Shown: positions 1 through 9,343 of the stretch, one piece after another
Position numbering within the stretch: the stretch's first letter is position 1
Layout: the number at the start of each line of letters is the position of its first letter
DNA from: a virus
Lineage: Duplodnaviria > Caudoviricetes
Length of the DNA stretch: 39,711 nucleotides
Reading direction: 5' to 3' (one strand)
IMG/VR virus record: IMGVR_UViG_3300022177_000079
Span: 1 to 39,711 of that record
The notes under the pieces: generated by a model
Databases searched by the model: none
What the model saw: only the letters and a program-made list of their open reading frames with translations
Told to the model about the DNA's origin: nothing
Program-made: the position numbers and the translations under genes

Positions 1-198
1 ATGCACCGCGATGACGACTGGCGCCCGCAATCCGATCTTCTTGCCGCCATCCACGAGGTCTACCAAGAGTTCGATCGCTGCCAGTACCGGGAGTTGGCCG
101 GCTGGGACTCCAGTGCAGCGGACGAGTGGCTGGACTTTAGGTCGCAGGGCGAGTTCTCCTACTTCGTCCGCCCCCGCCATGCCCGCCGGGGCCAGTGA
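1..198 (+). CDS. Hypothetical phage protein (65 aa; 5' end at window edge)
   Basis: ORF whose stop overlaps the next start (GTGA). Confidence 0.55.
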   Translation: MHRDDDWRPQSDLLAAIHEVYQEFDRCQYRELAGWDSSAADEWLDFRSQGEFSYFVRPRHARRGQ

Positions 199-509
199 CC
201 GCTCGTCGCCGATGCACGATGTGCGGCGGCTTCCTCGCCCGCGACCGCCCGATCACATCCGACCGCTGCTCGTGCTGTGGAGGGGATGAGGAGTACAACC
301 CTCGACACGACAAACACCTGGACGAGCGCGTGCTATCGATCCTCATGCATGGCGTGCACGAGGGCGGGTGGACGAAGGTTGCGCGAGCGCTGGGCACGGA
401 CGACTCCAAAGCCGTCTACGATTCGGTCTGTCGGTTGAGAAGAGCCGGGTGGATCATCGAAGGCCGCCGTAGTCAGGGGTACGTTCTGCGAGGTAAAATA
501 GACCCATGA
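195..509 (+). CDS. Zn-finger plus winged-HTH protein, possible late transcription regulator
   Basis: CxxC/CSCC pairs at the N-terminus; C-terminal KVARALG...AVYDSVCRLRRAGWIIEGRRSQGY resembles a BirA-type wHTH; lies upstream of terS. Confidence 0.65.
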   Translation: MTARRRCTMCGGFLARDRPITSDRCSCCGGDEEYNPRHDKHLDERVLSILMHGVHEGGWTKVARALGTDDSKAVYDSVCRLRRAGWIIEGRRSQGYVLRGKIDP

Positions 510-709
510 ACGATGATGACCTGACTATGATCTGCGGACATGTCACCCGCGGTGCAAGCCTCCAGACCGCCTGCGAGTTGGTAGGCATCACCCTTGAGGA
601 TCTCTTCGACACCATCGATCGCGACCCCGCCGATCTCATCTCGCTGTTCTCGGCGATGATCGGGACGGCGCACCTGCGGCGGGTAGCCCCGCCAGGTCCC
701 GGCCAATAA
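506..709 (+). CDS. Small HTH-like protein
   Basis: ATGA-coupled; GASLQTACELVGIT helix-turn-helix-like segment. Confidence 0.55.
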   Translation: MNDDDLTMICGHVTRGASLQTACELVGITLEDLFDTIDRDPADLISLFSAMIGTAHLRRVAPPGPGQ

Positions 710-737
710 GGAATAATGCCCCCCTTATGCTGGGGGC
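709..737 (+). promoter_or_regulatory. Putative late promoter (AGGAATAAT-N8-TATGCT), leaderless terS
   Basis: Same motif and spacing recur before the portal gene; ATG lies 6 nt after the -10-like hexamer. Confidence 0.55.
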
Positions 738-1160
738 ATGGATGCGAAAGAAAAGTACCGCCCCTGGTATCCCGAGCTCGTTACGTGGATGGCCCGCGCT
801 GGCCTTACCGCCAAGGAGATTGCTAGCGAGCTCGGCGTCGCTACTGCTACCCTCTATCGATGGCGCGACCGCTACCCGGATCTTTCTGCCGCCATGGACG
901 ACGGCCGCGATCTTGCCGACGCGCGAATTGAAGACTCCCTATTCCAGGCGGCCTACTCCGGCAACGTCACCGCCTGCATTTTCTGGCTCTGCAACCGGCG
1001 CCGAGAATCCTGGAAGAGCGTCAACCGGGTAGAGCATACCGGCGCCGACGGCGGACCAATCGAGGTGAGCGATGCCGACCGCAAGCGTGCCGAAGAAATC
1101 CTCACAGCGGAAATCCTCGCAGCGGCCGAAACCATCACTCGCGACGCAAGCAAGGATTGA
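738..1160 (+). CDS. terS: Terminase small subunit (HTH type)
   Basis: GLTAKEIASELGVATATLYRW HTH, then GNVTACIFWLCNRR and VEHTGADGGPI, typical of TerS; directly upstream of terL. Confidence 0.85.
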   Translation: MDAKEKYRPWYPELVTWMARAGLTAKEIASELGVATATLYRWRDRYPDLSAAMDDGRDLADARIEDSLFQAAYSGNVTACIFWLCNRRRESWKSVNRVEHTGADGGPIEVSDADRKRAEEILTAEILAAAETITRDASKD

Positions 1161-2586
1161 GGCCCGGCGCCGTCTAGCCAAGGGCGGCGACAGTCTAGTA
1201 GTCGCCACCCTGCGCCATGACAAGCCATCGCTCGTCGAGTTCCTGCAGGCCTGCTCGATTGAGGATAAGGAAACCGGCACTCTTATCCCGTTCATACTCT
1301 GGCGGGCGCAGCTTGAGATCGCGGCCGAGTTTCAGGCCGCTATTGACAGCGGCGACTGGAGCGCGGTCGAACGAAAGATCATCCTCAAGGCACGCCAGCT
1401 CGGTCTTACCTGGCTCATTCTCGGGATTCTGCTCTATCTCGGCACATTCTGGGGACACCGCCTGTTCCTGGTGGTGAGCCAGTCAGGCGATGATTCGCAG
1501 TCTGCCATGCAGCGGCTCAATCTCATGAGAGGCTCGCTTCCCGAGTGCTGGCGACAGCCAATCGTACGTGACAACACGACCGAGATCGCGTTCGCGAATG
1601 GCAGCCGCTATGAGGCCGGCAAGGCGACCAAGCGCTACGGTCGCTCCAAGGCCGCCTTCGCTGCGCTGCTTGACGAGGTCGCATTCTGGGAGTGGCCCGA
1701 GGAGCAGATGGCGGCGCTTTGGGCAGCCTGCAAGATTATGATCGTCGTTACCACAAGCGATGGACCAGGAGACTACGTTCACAAAATCTGGCAGAACGCC
1801 GGCGCCGGCAAGGGACGCTGGCGCCGCACCTTCCTGCCTTGGACTGCATGCCCCAACCGAGATGCGGAGTGGTACCGACTCAACGTCCTGGAGGCAGAGG
1901 AGCCGCGGCGGGCGCTGCGCGAGTTTGCGGCTACTCCCGAGGAGGCCTTCTCCGCGCCCGAGGGCGTCTTCTTCGAGCGCTTCCTACGCGAGCGCAACAC
2001 CGACGACATATCGCCTGTGTCCGGCTGGCGCACCGAACGTGCTGTGGACTTCGGCTATCGGCATCCGGCTTGTGTGTGGGTCCAGACCGCGCCTTCCGGG
2101 CAGCCGTTTGTCGTTGCTGAGCTCGTGCCCTCCGACACGACCACTGACGAGTTCGCTGCCGCTATCAAACGCGTTGACGTGGCGCTCGGTGTGCGCCCCC
2201 ATGTCACCTACTGCGACCCCGCCGGCAACGCTGCTAACGTCCAGACAGCCAAGAGCGAGGTAGAGACCTTGCGCGAATATGGCCTCAATCCCATTAGCCG
2301 CTCCTCGTCAATCCGCGATGGCTGTGTACGCGTTATGAGCGCGCTGGCAGACCCAGCCCTGCCGCTTGTCGTCTCGCTCTCCTGTCCGTGGCTTATCGAG
2401 GCGCTATCCACCGTGCGCCCTGATAAGCACCGCCCCGATCTCTACGATGAGGGCAGCGACTACACGCACGTTTTGGACGCACTGCGCTACTGGGCCGTCA
2501 ACAATGCCGTCGCATCGGCGCCGCAGTCCAGCAAGGTGACGGGTGGGCGACGAATCACTGCTGGCCTAGTAGGGATGCGCTTCTAG
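1072..2586 (+). CDS. terL: Terminase large subunit
   Basis: Walker A-like ILKARQLGLT, Walker B LLDEVAF, nuclease motifs AVDFGYRHP, YCDPAG, HVLDALRY; GAGGTG RBS before ATG 1072. Confidence 0.95.
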   Translation: MPTASVPKKSSQRKSSQRPKPSLATQARIEARRRLAKGGDSLVVATLRHDKPSLVEFLQACSIEDKETGTLIPFILWRAQLEIAAEFQAAIDSGDWSAVERKIILKARQLGLTWLILGILLYLGTFWGHRLFLVVSQSGDDSQSAMQRLNLMRGSLPECWRQPIVRDNTTEIAFANGSRYEAGKATKRYGRSKAAFAALLDEVAFWEWPEEQMAALWAACKIMIVVTTSDGPGDYVHKIWQNAGAGKGRWRRTFLPWTACPNRDAEWYRLNVLEAEEPRRALREFAATPEEAFSAPEGVFFERFLRERNTDDISPVSGWRTERAVDFGYRHPACVWVQTAPSGQPFVVAELVPSDTTTDEFAAAIKRVDVALGVRPHVTYCDPAGNAANVQTAKSEVETLREYGLNPISRSSSIRDGCVRVMSALADPALPLVVSLSCPWLIEALSTVRPDKHRPDLYDEGSDYTHVLDALRYWAVNNAVASAPQSSKVTGGRRITAGLVGMRF

Positions 2587-2603
2587 GCCGTCCCCACAAA
2601 AGT

Positions 2604-2633
2604 AGGAATAATCGATGCCGCACACTGATATGC
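2604..2633 (+). promoter_or_regulatory. Putative late promoter (AGGAATAAT-N8-CACACT), leaderless portal gene
   Basis: Copy of the terS upstream motif; GTG start 7 nt after the hexamer; no SD sequence. Confidence 0.5.
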
Positions 2634-4868
2634 GTGATCATCGTAGACAAGTTACGTTCCCTCTTCGGCCGTTTGGCAGCGGGCGGCTTTGTGCTGTCCG
2701 AGGCTCGCCCGGATACTAAGGAACTCGGCGATACCGGGCACGCCTACCAGGCCTATCTTGCTGGCACTGCAAGCTCGCGGGCGCTGGCAAAGCGGCTGCG
2801 AACCCTTGAGACAAACTACCAGCTCTACGAGTCCAAGGGCTATGAGATTTACGACCGCATGCGCCGCTCTGACCCGAAAGTCGCGGGGTTGCTGCGCGCA
2901 ATTCGCCTGCCGCTTCTTGGCGCTCAAGTCCGCATTGAGCCATCCGACCCCGAGGATGAGCGAGCTGTTGAAGTTGCCGACTTCGTCTCGGACAATCTGC
3001 TCCACGGCCTAGTCGATCCCTGGCGCGACACCCTCTCGCAATTCCTCCTCTACCTCGCACACGGCCACGCGCCTTTCGAAATCGTCTGGGGGATTGAAGA
3101 TGGCCGTGTACTCGTTGACCGCCTTGCCTATCGCCCGCCGTCCACGATCTCCGATATCTACGTCTCTGGTGGTCGCATTGTTGGTGTCCACCAACGGACC
3201 ACAACCGGGACCGACACCGATATCCCCGGAGAGAAACTGCTCTGGTTTGTGCACGACCGCGAGGGCGACGACTGGCGCGGCACGAGCCTTCTGCGGCCGA
3301 TGTTCAAGCCCTGGTTTGCCAAGGAGAAGCTGGAGATACTGCTCCTCATCGCGGCCGACCGCGGCAATGGTACGCCGGTCGTTATCCAGCCTGAGGGCGG
3401 CTGGCGTACAGATGAGACCGGCGCCTCCATCAAAGATGCCGTTGACGCTGCCCTAGCCGCATTCTGCACCGCCGAATCGGGCTATTTCGATCTTCCCTAC
3501 GGCGCCACCTTCCAGCTCGTCACGAGCAACGCCTCGATCTCCGAGCTGCAAGCCCTCAAGGAGTCTTTCGACCGCGACATGTCCAACGTCGCCATCGCGC
3601 AAGTACTGGACCTTGGCAAGACGGAGACTGGCAGCCGCGCTCTCGGTCGCACCATGGCCGACATGTTCGTGGATTCCCTGCAGGCAATCGCGACGGACAT
3701 TGAGGACACAGTCAACCGGCGCGAAGGCGTCATCGAACAGCTTGTCGCCTACAACTTCCCCGGCGCCGAAACCCTCATCCCTAAACTGCGCTTCGGCTCG
3801 CTTACCAAGCTCGACCTTCGCGCGTTCGCCCAGGGCCTCTATCAGTGCTGGCAAATGGGCATGCCGCTCGGCGGAGAGGTCTGGGAATTTCTCCGCTCCG
3901 AGCTTGACCTACCGGCACGCAAGGAGGACACGCCCTCACAACAGAGTGCTCCGGATACATCACCACAAGATGCCCCGCCGGCGCCCGCAGAGGCTGCGCC
4001 GCCAGAGACCGAAGGCGAGTCCGCCGCCGACGGGGCGCAACTCTCCGAGGGCGGATACTGGCGCCCGATAACCCGCCTGGAATCGTTCGTCGCTCTGGAC
4101 GAGATCGCGGCGATGCTCGACAACGCAAAGACAGTCATTCGCGAGCGCACACAGGGCATTCGTAACAAGCTCGTCGCCGAGCTGACCAAGCGCGCCATGA
4201 CCGCCATTGCCAGCGGCGATGCCGCTAAGGTTGCCGCGCTGGCAGCGGCGAAGAGCCCCATGGTCGATGTGCTGGCAGCCGAGCTGCGCGCCGTCTTCGG
4301 GGACTACTTCGACGTCGGCCGTGAGCAGGTGGCCGATGAACTGGCGAGACAGAGGGCCGGCGAGCCGGTAGTCGATGAGGCGACTGGAGAGCGCCGCGGC
4401 GAGACTGTCGGCCTTGCTCCGCGCCGCAAACCAACGCAAGCCGAAATCACCGCTTGGCAGGAATGGGTCACCCAACTCGCCGACGTGAAAGCGCGCGGTA
4501 TAGCGGCGGCCACGCAATCTGCCGTTGCCGGTGAGGCCATGCGCGCCTTTGTGACTCAGGCCACCGCAGAGGCGATAGCTGAGATGGCGTTGCGCGCCAG
4601 TGACGAAGCGGCGCTCAAGGCGGGACTGACAGTCTCACAGGTGATGATCGCCGGTCGCTCGGCAGAGGCACAGGCAGAGCGTGAGCAGATCGCCACGTGC
4701 GTCTATTCGGCGATTCTCGACGGCGCCACCTGCTCCGAATGCGAGCGGCGCGACGGCGACTCCACGGACGACGTGACCGAGTCGCTGACGTGGGCACCAA
4801 ACCCCGATTGCGAGGGTGGCGAGCGCTGCCGCTGTCTCATCATCTACGAGTACAAGGAGGGCGCATGA
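2634..4868 (+). CDS. Portal protein (Mu gp29/DUF935-like) fused to a Mu gpF-like head morphogenesis domain
   Basis: Portal-like motifs LAHGHAPFEIVW, GTSLLRPMFKPW, GSRALG; Pro/Ala-rich linker; C-terminal YSAILDGATCSEC...PNPDCEGGERCRC. Confidence 0.88.
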   Translation: MIIVDKLRSLFGRLAAGGFVLSEARPDTKELGDTGHAYQAYLAGTASSRALAKRLRTLETNYQLYESKGYEIYDRMRRSDPKVAGLLRAIRLPLLGAQVRIEPSDPEDERAVEVADFVSDNLLHGLVDPWRDTLSQFLLYLAHGHAPFEIVWGIEDGRVLVDRLAYRPPSTISDIYVSGGRIVGVHQRTTTGTDTDIPGEKLLWFVHDREGDDWRGTSLLRPMFKPWFAKEKLEILLLIAADRGNGTPVVIQPEGGWRTDETGASIKDAVDAALAAFCTAESGYFDLPYGATFQLVTSNASISELQALKESFDRDMSNVAIAQVLDLGKTETGSRALGRTMADMFVDSLQAIATDIEDTVNRREGVIEQLVAYNFPGAETLIPKLRFGSLTKLDLRAFAQGLYQCWQMGMPLGGEVWEFLRSELDLPARKEDTPSQQSAPDTSPQDAPPAPAEAAPPETEGESAADGAQLSEGGYWRPITRLESFVALDEIAAMLDNAKTVIRERTQGIRNKLVAELTKRAMTAIASGDAAKVAALAAAKSPMVDVLAAELRAVFGDYFDVGREQVADELARQRAGEPVVDEATGERRGETVGLAPRRKPTQAEITAWQEWVTQLADVKARGIAAATQSAVAGEAMRAFVTQATAEAIAEMALRASDEAALKAGLTVSQVMIAGRSAEAQAEREQIATCVYSAILDGATCSECERRDGDSTDDVTESLTWAPNPDCEGGERCRCLIIYEYKEGA

Positions 4869-6361
4869 GCCTGCTTGACTTCTACCGCCTCGCCGAGCAG
4901 GCCGTATCTGGACAGCGCCTGCCGATGATGCTCTTCCCGATTGGCGAGTGGCGAAGCGCCAAGTACCCCAAGTTGCCCCTGACTCGCGATCTCGCCGACG
5001 AGCTGATCGCTAACTTCGAGGCGGGCGTTCTTGGCACGGAGCCGGTCATCGATTCATCCGGCCGCCACGACACAAGCACTGAGGCTGCCGGCTGGTTTAA
5101 GCGCCTCTACGTCGCGCCTCTCCGCGATGGTGGCGAGGCCCTGTTCGGTGATTGGGAGCCGACCGATCTAGGCGCCTCACTCCTCAACGATCGGCGCTAC
5201 CAGTACAACTCGGTCGAGATCGGCGATGTCGTCGATAACGCCACCGGCAAGCGCACGCAGAACGTACTGCGCTCTGCCACTCTCACCAACACCCCGGTGC
5301 TGCGCATGCTGCCGCCGGTGCTGGAGGCGGGGGAGGCAATCGCTGAACCAGTCTCCCTGGCGCTCTCCGAGATCGAAGCCGCAGACGAAGACCCTGTGTC
5401 TGGCCTGCTTGCCGACATGGACGCTCTCGCGGAACGGCTTGACGGTGCCCTGAAAGGCAAGCGTGGCGTGCCGAGCATCCGTTCGTTTCTGCGCGAGATC
5501 CGCGCGAAGGTCAGTGCGCACAAGCTCGCTGAACCGGGCAGCTACCAGGATCTGCGTGAGGCAATCGAGCGCGCGCTCACAGACCTCCTCAGTGGACGCC
5601 AGTGGGTTGTCGACTTCGGCGATAGCTGGGTGGTCTACGAGAACGGCGCTCTCGAGGATGCGCCGCGGCTGTGGCGCGTCCCTTATGTGCGTGAGGGATC
5701 CGAGATCACCTTCGGCACTCCCGTTGAGGTCGAACGCCAGACCAACTACATCCCCAAGAGTCCATCCCCGCCTGAGCCATCCGGCGACACGACTGCCGAG
5801 CCTGTCGGCGACAGCGCCTCCGGGACTGGTGTCGGGCTATCCACACCAAGCATACGCAAGGAGAAGAAACGCATGTCTGAACTCACCGAGCTTTTGCAGC
5901 TCGCGGAGGACGCTGACGACGCGCTCATTCTCGCCGAGGTCAAGAAGGTTACCGCGAAGATCGACGCCGAGAAGACCCGCGCCGACGCCGCCGAGGCAAA
6001 GCTCGCCGAGGGTGAGCAGGCCGAACGCGTGCGCCTGCTCGATGAAGCTATCGGCGCCGCGCACATCGCTCCGGCCGAGAAGGACGCCTTCGTGCGTCTG
6101 GCCGAACGCGATCCGGAAACCTTCGCCGCGATGCTGGAACTGCGCAAGCAGTGCCGCGTCGTGGAGCTTGGCGAGCGCGGCAGTGGCGATCCTGCCTCCG
6201 AGAAGACTTACGCAAACGCCAGCGTCGAGTTGGCCGAACGCGCCAGAGAGCGCGCGACCAAGGACGACAGCACGTACTCCGAAGCCGAGCGCCGCGTGCT
6301 GACCGAAGACGCCGACCTTGCCGAACGCTACCGCGACTTTCGCGTGGGAAAGGAGGCCTAA
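4865..6361 (+). CDS. Mu-like prohead protease / scaffold (true start ATG 4865)
   Basis: AAGWFKRL, YQYNSVEI, LRSATLTNTP as in Mu gpI-type proteases; AAGGAGG RBS and ATGA coupling to the portal; helical C-terminus. Confidence 0.88.
   Translation: MSLLDFYRLAEQAVSGQRLPMMLFPIGEWRSAKYPKLPLTRDLADELIANFEAGVLGTEPVIDSSGRHDTSTEAAGWFKRLYVAPLRDGGEALFGDWEPTDLGASLLNDRRYQYNSVEIGDVVDNATGKRTQNVLRSATLTNTPVLRMLPPVLEAGEAIAEPVSLALSEIEAADEDPVSGLLADMDALAERLDGALKGKRGVPSIRSFLREIRAKVSAHKLAEPGSYQDLREAIERALTDLLSGRQWVVDFGDSWVVYENGALEDAPRLWRVPYVREGSEITFGTPVEVERQTNYIPKSPSPPEPSGDTTAEPVGDSASGTGVGLSTPSIRKEKKRMSELTELLQLAEDADDALILAEVKKVTAKIDAEKTRADAAEAKLAEGEQAERVRLLDEAIGAAHIAPAEKDAFVRLAERDPETFAAMLELRKQCRVVELGERGSGDPASEKTYANASVELAERARERATKDDSTYSEAERRVLTEDADLAERYRDFRVGKEA
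5873..6361 (+). CDS. Putative in-frame nested scaffold protein
   Basis: AAGGAG at 5858-5863 precedes an in-frame ATG 5873 after a Pro/Ser linker; the product is Ala/Glu-rich and helical. Confidence 0.6.
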   Translation: MSELTELLQLAEDADDALILAEVKKVTAKIDAEKTRADAAEAKLAEGEQAERVRLLDEAIGAAHIAPAEKDAFVRLAERDPETFAAMLELRKQCRVVELGERGSGDPASEKTYANASVELAERARERATKDDSTYSEAERRVLTEDADLAERYRDFRVGKEA

Positions 6362-6364
6362 CCC

Positions 6365-6754
6365 ATGGCCACCCGTCGCCCCGTTGGTCCGTTCCGCGAC
6401 CAGACATTCGTCGCGGCCGAGGATCTGTCGGACAGCCAGTATCACACCGTGCTGATCAATACCTCTGGTCTCGCTGAGGTCGGAGCCGCTAATGAGCGCG
6501 TCTGCGGGATTCTGCAGAACGCTCCCGAGTCCGGCGAGCAAGCCGTCGTGCGCACCAGGGGCGAATCCCTAGCGATGGTGGATGGCACTACGGACGTAGC
6601 GATCAACGACCCCGTTGACTCCGACGCCTCCGGGCACTGCGTCAAGCAAGAAACAGACAAGGGCTGGGTCGTCGGCTACATGTGCGAGGCCTACACGTCG
6701 GCAACCCCTGGTCTCTGCGTGATCGACGTCCATCCGCAAACCGAAAGCGTCTAG
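6365..6754 (+). CDS. Capsid cement/decoration protein (DUF2190-like)
   Basis: TFVAAEDLS...GILQNAPESGEQAVVRTRG pattern; lies between scaffold and capsid genes. Confidence 0.75.
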   Translation: MATRRPVGPFRDQTFVAAEDLSDSQYHTVLINTSGLAEVGAANERVCGILQNAPESGEQAVVRTRGESLAMVDGTTDVAINDPVDSDASGHCVKQETDKGWVVGYMCEAYTSATPGLCVIDVHPQTESV

Positions 6755-6776
6755 CAGGAAGGGAGTGAAGTAAGAG

Positions 6777-7709
6777 ATGACCGCAATCGTTCCTGACCTG
6801 CATATCGATTCCGCGCTCACCAATTGGAGCCAAGAGTACGCCGGTCAGCGTCAGAGCTTCATCGCTGAGAGGGTCGCCCCGCCGCTCTATGTGGCCAAGG
6901 AGACCGACTACTACTGGATTCACGGTGCCGAGCACTTCGAGCTCTCCGTCGTTGACCGCGCTCCCGGTACCAACTACGGCGTAGTCACCTGGACCAAGAG
7001 CACCGACAGCTATAGCTGCTCGGGCTACGGTCTTTCGTCTGTGGTGCCTAAGGAGGTTATGGCCAACGCCGACCCGCAGGTGGACCCGGCGAAGGACGCC
7101 CTGAAGATCATCGTCGATCAACTGATGCTGGCCTACGAGAAGCGCGTGGCCGACATGGCGTTCTCGACCTCGGAGTTTACTCAGACGAGCGCGCTTTCGG
7201 GCACCGACCGCTGGGACACCGATACCTCCGACCCAGTCAACAAGGTCGCCTATGCCAAGGACTATGTCCGCGGCAAGATCGGAGTTGAACCTAACACGGT
7301 CGTCGTTGGTTACGACGTGTTCCGCGCCCTGCAGGAGCACTCTGGCCTACGCAAGATCATCTTCGGCCTGAACTCCCCGGAGGCTATGCCGACCGAGGCA
7401 CAGGTTGCTCAGGCGTTGGGTGTCGATCAACTGCTCGTTGGTCGTGCGACCTACCTCTCGGCAGCCAACACGTTCAGCGACATCTGGGGCAAGTACGCGC
7501 TGGTCGCCTACATCGACCCAAGCCCGTCCGGCCGCTCCATCTGCCCGCTACGCACCTTCATTTGGAACGTGGACGGCGGGCGGTTTGTAAGCCGCGGCCC
7601 GATTTGGAACGACGATATCAAGGCCTGGAAGTACTACTGCGACGACTACACCGACGAGAAGAAGATCAGCCTCTACTCGGCTTATCTCTACTCCACGGTC
7701 GTTAGCTGA
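6777..7709 (+). CDS. Major capsid protein
   Basis: 310 aa; HIDSALTNWS..Y...FIAERVAP N-terminus, WD...SDP and PNTVVVG motifs of gpE-like capsids; position. Confidence 0.9.
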   Translation: MTAIVPDLHIDSALTNWSQEYAGQRQSFIAERVAPPLYVAKETDYYWIHGAEHFELSVVDRAPGTNYGVVTWTKSTDSYSCSGYGLSSVVPKEVMANADPQVDPAKDALKIIVDQLMLAYEKRVADMAFSTSEFTQTSALSGTDRWDTDTSDPVNKVAYAKDYVRGKIGVEPNTVVVGYDVFRALQEHSGLRKIIFGLNSPEAMPTEAQVAQALGVDQLLVGRATYLSAANTFSDIWGKYALVAYIDPSPSGRSICPLRTFIWNVDGGRFVSRGPIWNDDIKAWKYYCDDYTDEKKISLYSAYLYSTVVS

Positions 7710-7717
7710 ATCGGCGG

Positions 7718-7752
7718 CTGGGGGTGGGGTCTGCTCACGGCCCCACCCCCGG
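7718..7752 (+). terminator. GC-rich hairpin after the capsid gene (terminator or attenuator)
   Basis: CTGGGGGTGGGGTC / GGCCCCACCCCCGG stem with G-U pairs on the + strand; no U tract. Confidence 0.6.
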
Positions 7753-7769
7753 TCTAAGAAGGGAGACAG

Positions 7770-8438
7770 ATGAGCAAGGAACTGCCGTTCCCGCTGCCGA
7801 TTCGCGCACCGCGTATCAACGTGCAGTCGGGAGACGAAATCGAGGTCAACTCGGGTGGTTATGTCACCTATGAATCCGGCGCTCTCCAGTACACAGAGGA
7901 TGGTGTCGGAGCAAAGAACGGCGCTACCGTTGCGGCCGTTGAGTACGGCGACACGATCTGGCATCGCACGATACTTACCTGTACCGCTACTCCGGTCACG
8001 ATTAGTGACGACGCTGGGGTGGCACAGTATGGCGGGGTAAAGGTCTACGATTTTCCCGCTGGCCTGATCGTCACCATGGGCGCGGTCATCGACGGCGCTC
8101 TCACTGCGGCCGTGACTGGCACTATCAAGGATGCCTGGGAGGGCGACGTTGCTCTCGGCACCGCGACTGCCACCACCGGCGCCACGCTGACCGGCACAGA
8201 AGCGGACATCCTCCAATCAACTGCTATCGCGGCGGCCACCGGCAAGGTCGGTACTTGCGACGCTGTCAGTGCAGCCACGGCGCTCACCGAGTCTGGGGCT
8301 CGGCACTTGGACGGAACGAGTACCGCCGTTGACATGTACCTCAACTTCGTCATTGACGACGACGAGACCCACACCGCTGGCACGGCGGCCTTCACCGGAA
8401 TGATCAGCTTCCTGTGGGCAAACCTCGGCGATAAGTGA
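7770..8438 (+). CDS. Putative virion structural protein
   Basis: Thr/Ala/Gly-rich, 222 aa, RBS AAGGGAG, in the head module. Confidence 0.65.
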   Translation: MSKELPFPLPIRAPRINVQSGDEIEVNSGGYVTYESGALQYTEDGVGAKNGATVAAVEYGDTIWHRTILTCTATPVTISDDAGVAQYGGVKVYDFPAGLIVTMGAVIDGALTAAVTGTIKDAWEGDVALGTATATTGATLTGTEADILQSTAIAAATGKVGTCDAVSAATALTESGARHLDGTSTAVDMYLNFVIDDDETHTAGTAAFTGMISFLWANLGDK

Positions 8439-8447
8439 GCGTGAGCG

Positions 8448-8633
8448 ATGGGATACATCGTCACACGCGGTGAAGTCCACCACGATCATGTGATCTATCG
8501 CGTCGGCGAGGAGCTGCCCTGTCCGCGGGGCAGTCTCGCCGACGTAGAGGCTGTCGGCGCCGTCGTCTGGAGTGAGGATACCCCGGTGCTAACGCCCGCG
8601 CCGCTGCCGCGCAAGAAGGGCGGTAAGCGATGA
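8448..8633 (+). CDS. Small head-module protein
   Basis: 61 aa with basic tail, coupled to the next gene. Confidence 0.55.
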   Translation: MGYIVTRGEVHHDHVIYRVGEELPCPRGSLADVEAVGAVVWSEDTPVLTPAPLPRKKGGKR

Positions 8634-9343
8634 GTAAGCGACCAATGGACATCCTCACCCTCGCCGCTGCCACCGGCTCCACCGGCGGCCTTGGCAAGAT
8701 CACCACCGAGCCGGCGAGCGGCGTCCTTATCGTGCGCTTTGATTGCGCACCGAATACCTACGCCGTGCACTGGATTGTGCAATGCAACAAGGCGCATGCG
8801 GTGCAGACCTATGTCGCTCAGAGCAACGTCCTCGGCGCGACGATCACCGGAGCCGATGCGACAGCGATAGACGACGGCGACAACTTCGTCCTCAACGGCC
8901 TAACCTTCACAGCCGAGAGCACCGAAGGCGACGCTTCTGCCGCCGCTCGCAAATTCTGGACCGGCGCCAACAACGCCGCCGCCGTCACTAATCTCGCCGC
9001 CCTGATTACGCACGCCACCTATGGCGTACCCGGCATATCGGCGACTGTCGCCGCCGTGGACGCCACGGACGTGGTGACTATCAAGGCAGAGACGGCGACC
9101 GTGCTGCAGTTCGGGCAGGGCACCTCAGCCGCAGACGAGGTCGCCTGGTCTAACACCACTCTGGCGAGTCTCATCAAAGACACTACTGCGGTGACCGGCG
9201 TCACTGCGAATAACACCACGGCAGGCACGCTCTACCGGCAGGTGGTCTACGGCTGCCCGTATGCCTATCTCGCCGTCACTAACTCGGATGGAGCTGCCGC
9301 GGCCACCATCATCGTCAAGGCAACCGCTGAACCCTGGGTCTAA
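8630..9343 (+). CDS. Putative virion structural protein
   Basis: Thr/Ala-rich, 237 aa, ATGA/TAATG coupling. Confidence 0.65.
   Translation: MSKRPMDILTLAAATGSTGGLGKITTEPASGVLIVRFDCAPNTYAVHWIVQCNKAHAVQTYVAQSNVLGATITGADATAIDDGDNFVLNGLTFTAESTEGDASAAARKFWTGANNAAAVTNLAALITHATYGVPGISATVAAVDATDVVTIKAETATVLQFGQGTSAADEVAWSNTTLASLIKDTTAVTGVTANNTTAGTLYRQVVYGCPYAYLAVTNSDGAAAATIIVKATAEPWV

Noticed and set aside
4697-4864. Upstream extensions in the ORF track (4697, 14722, 18780, 19226, 19666, 25920, 27390, 27803, 29705, 31209, 37305)
   Set aside because: They overlap upstream genes or non-coding structure; RBS position and start/stop coupling support later starts
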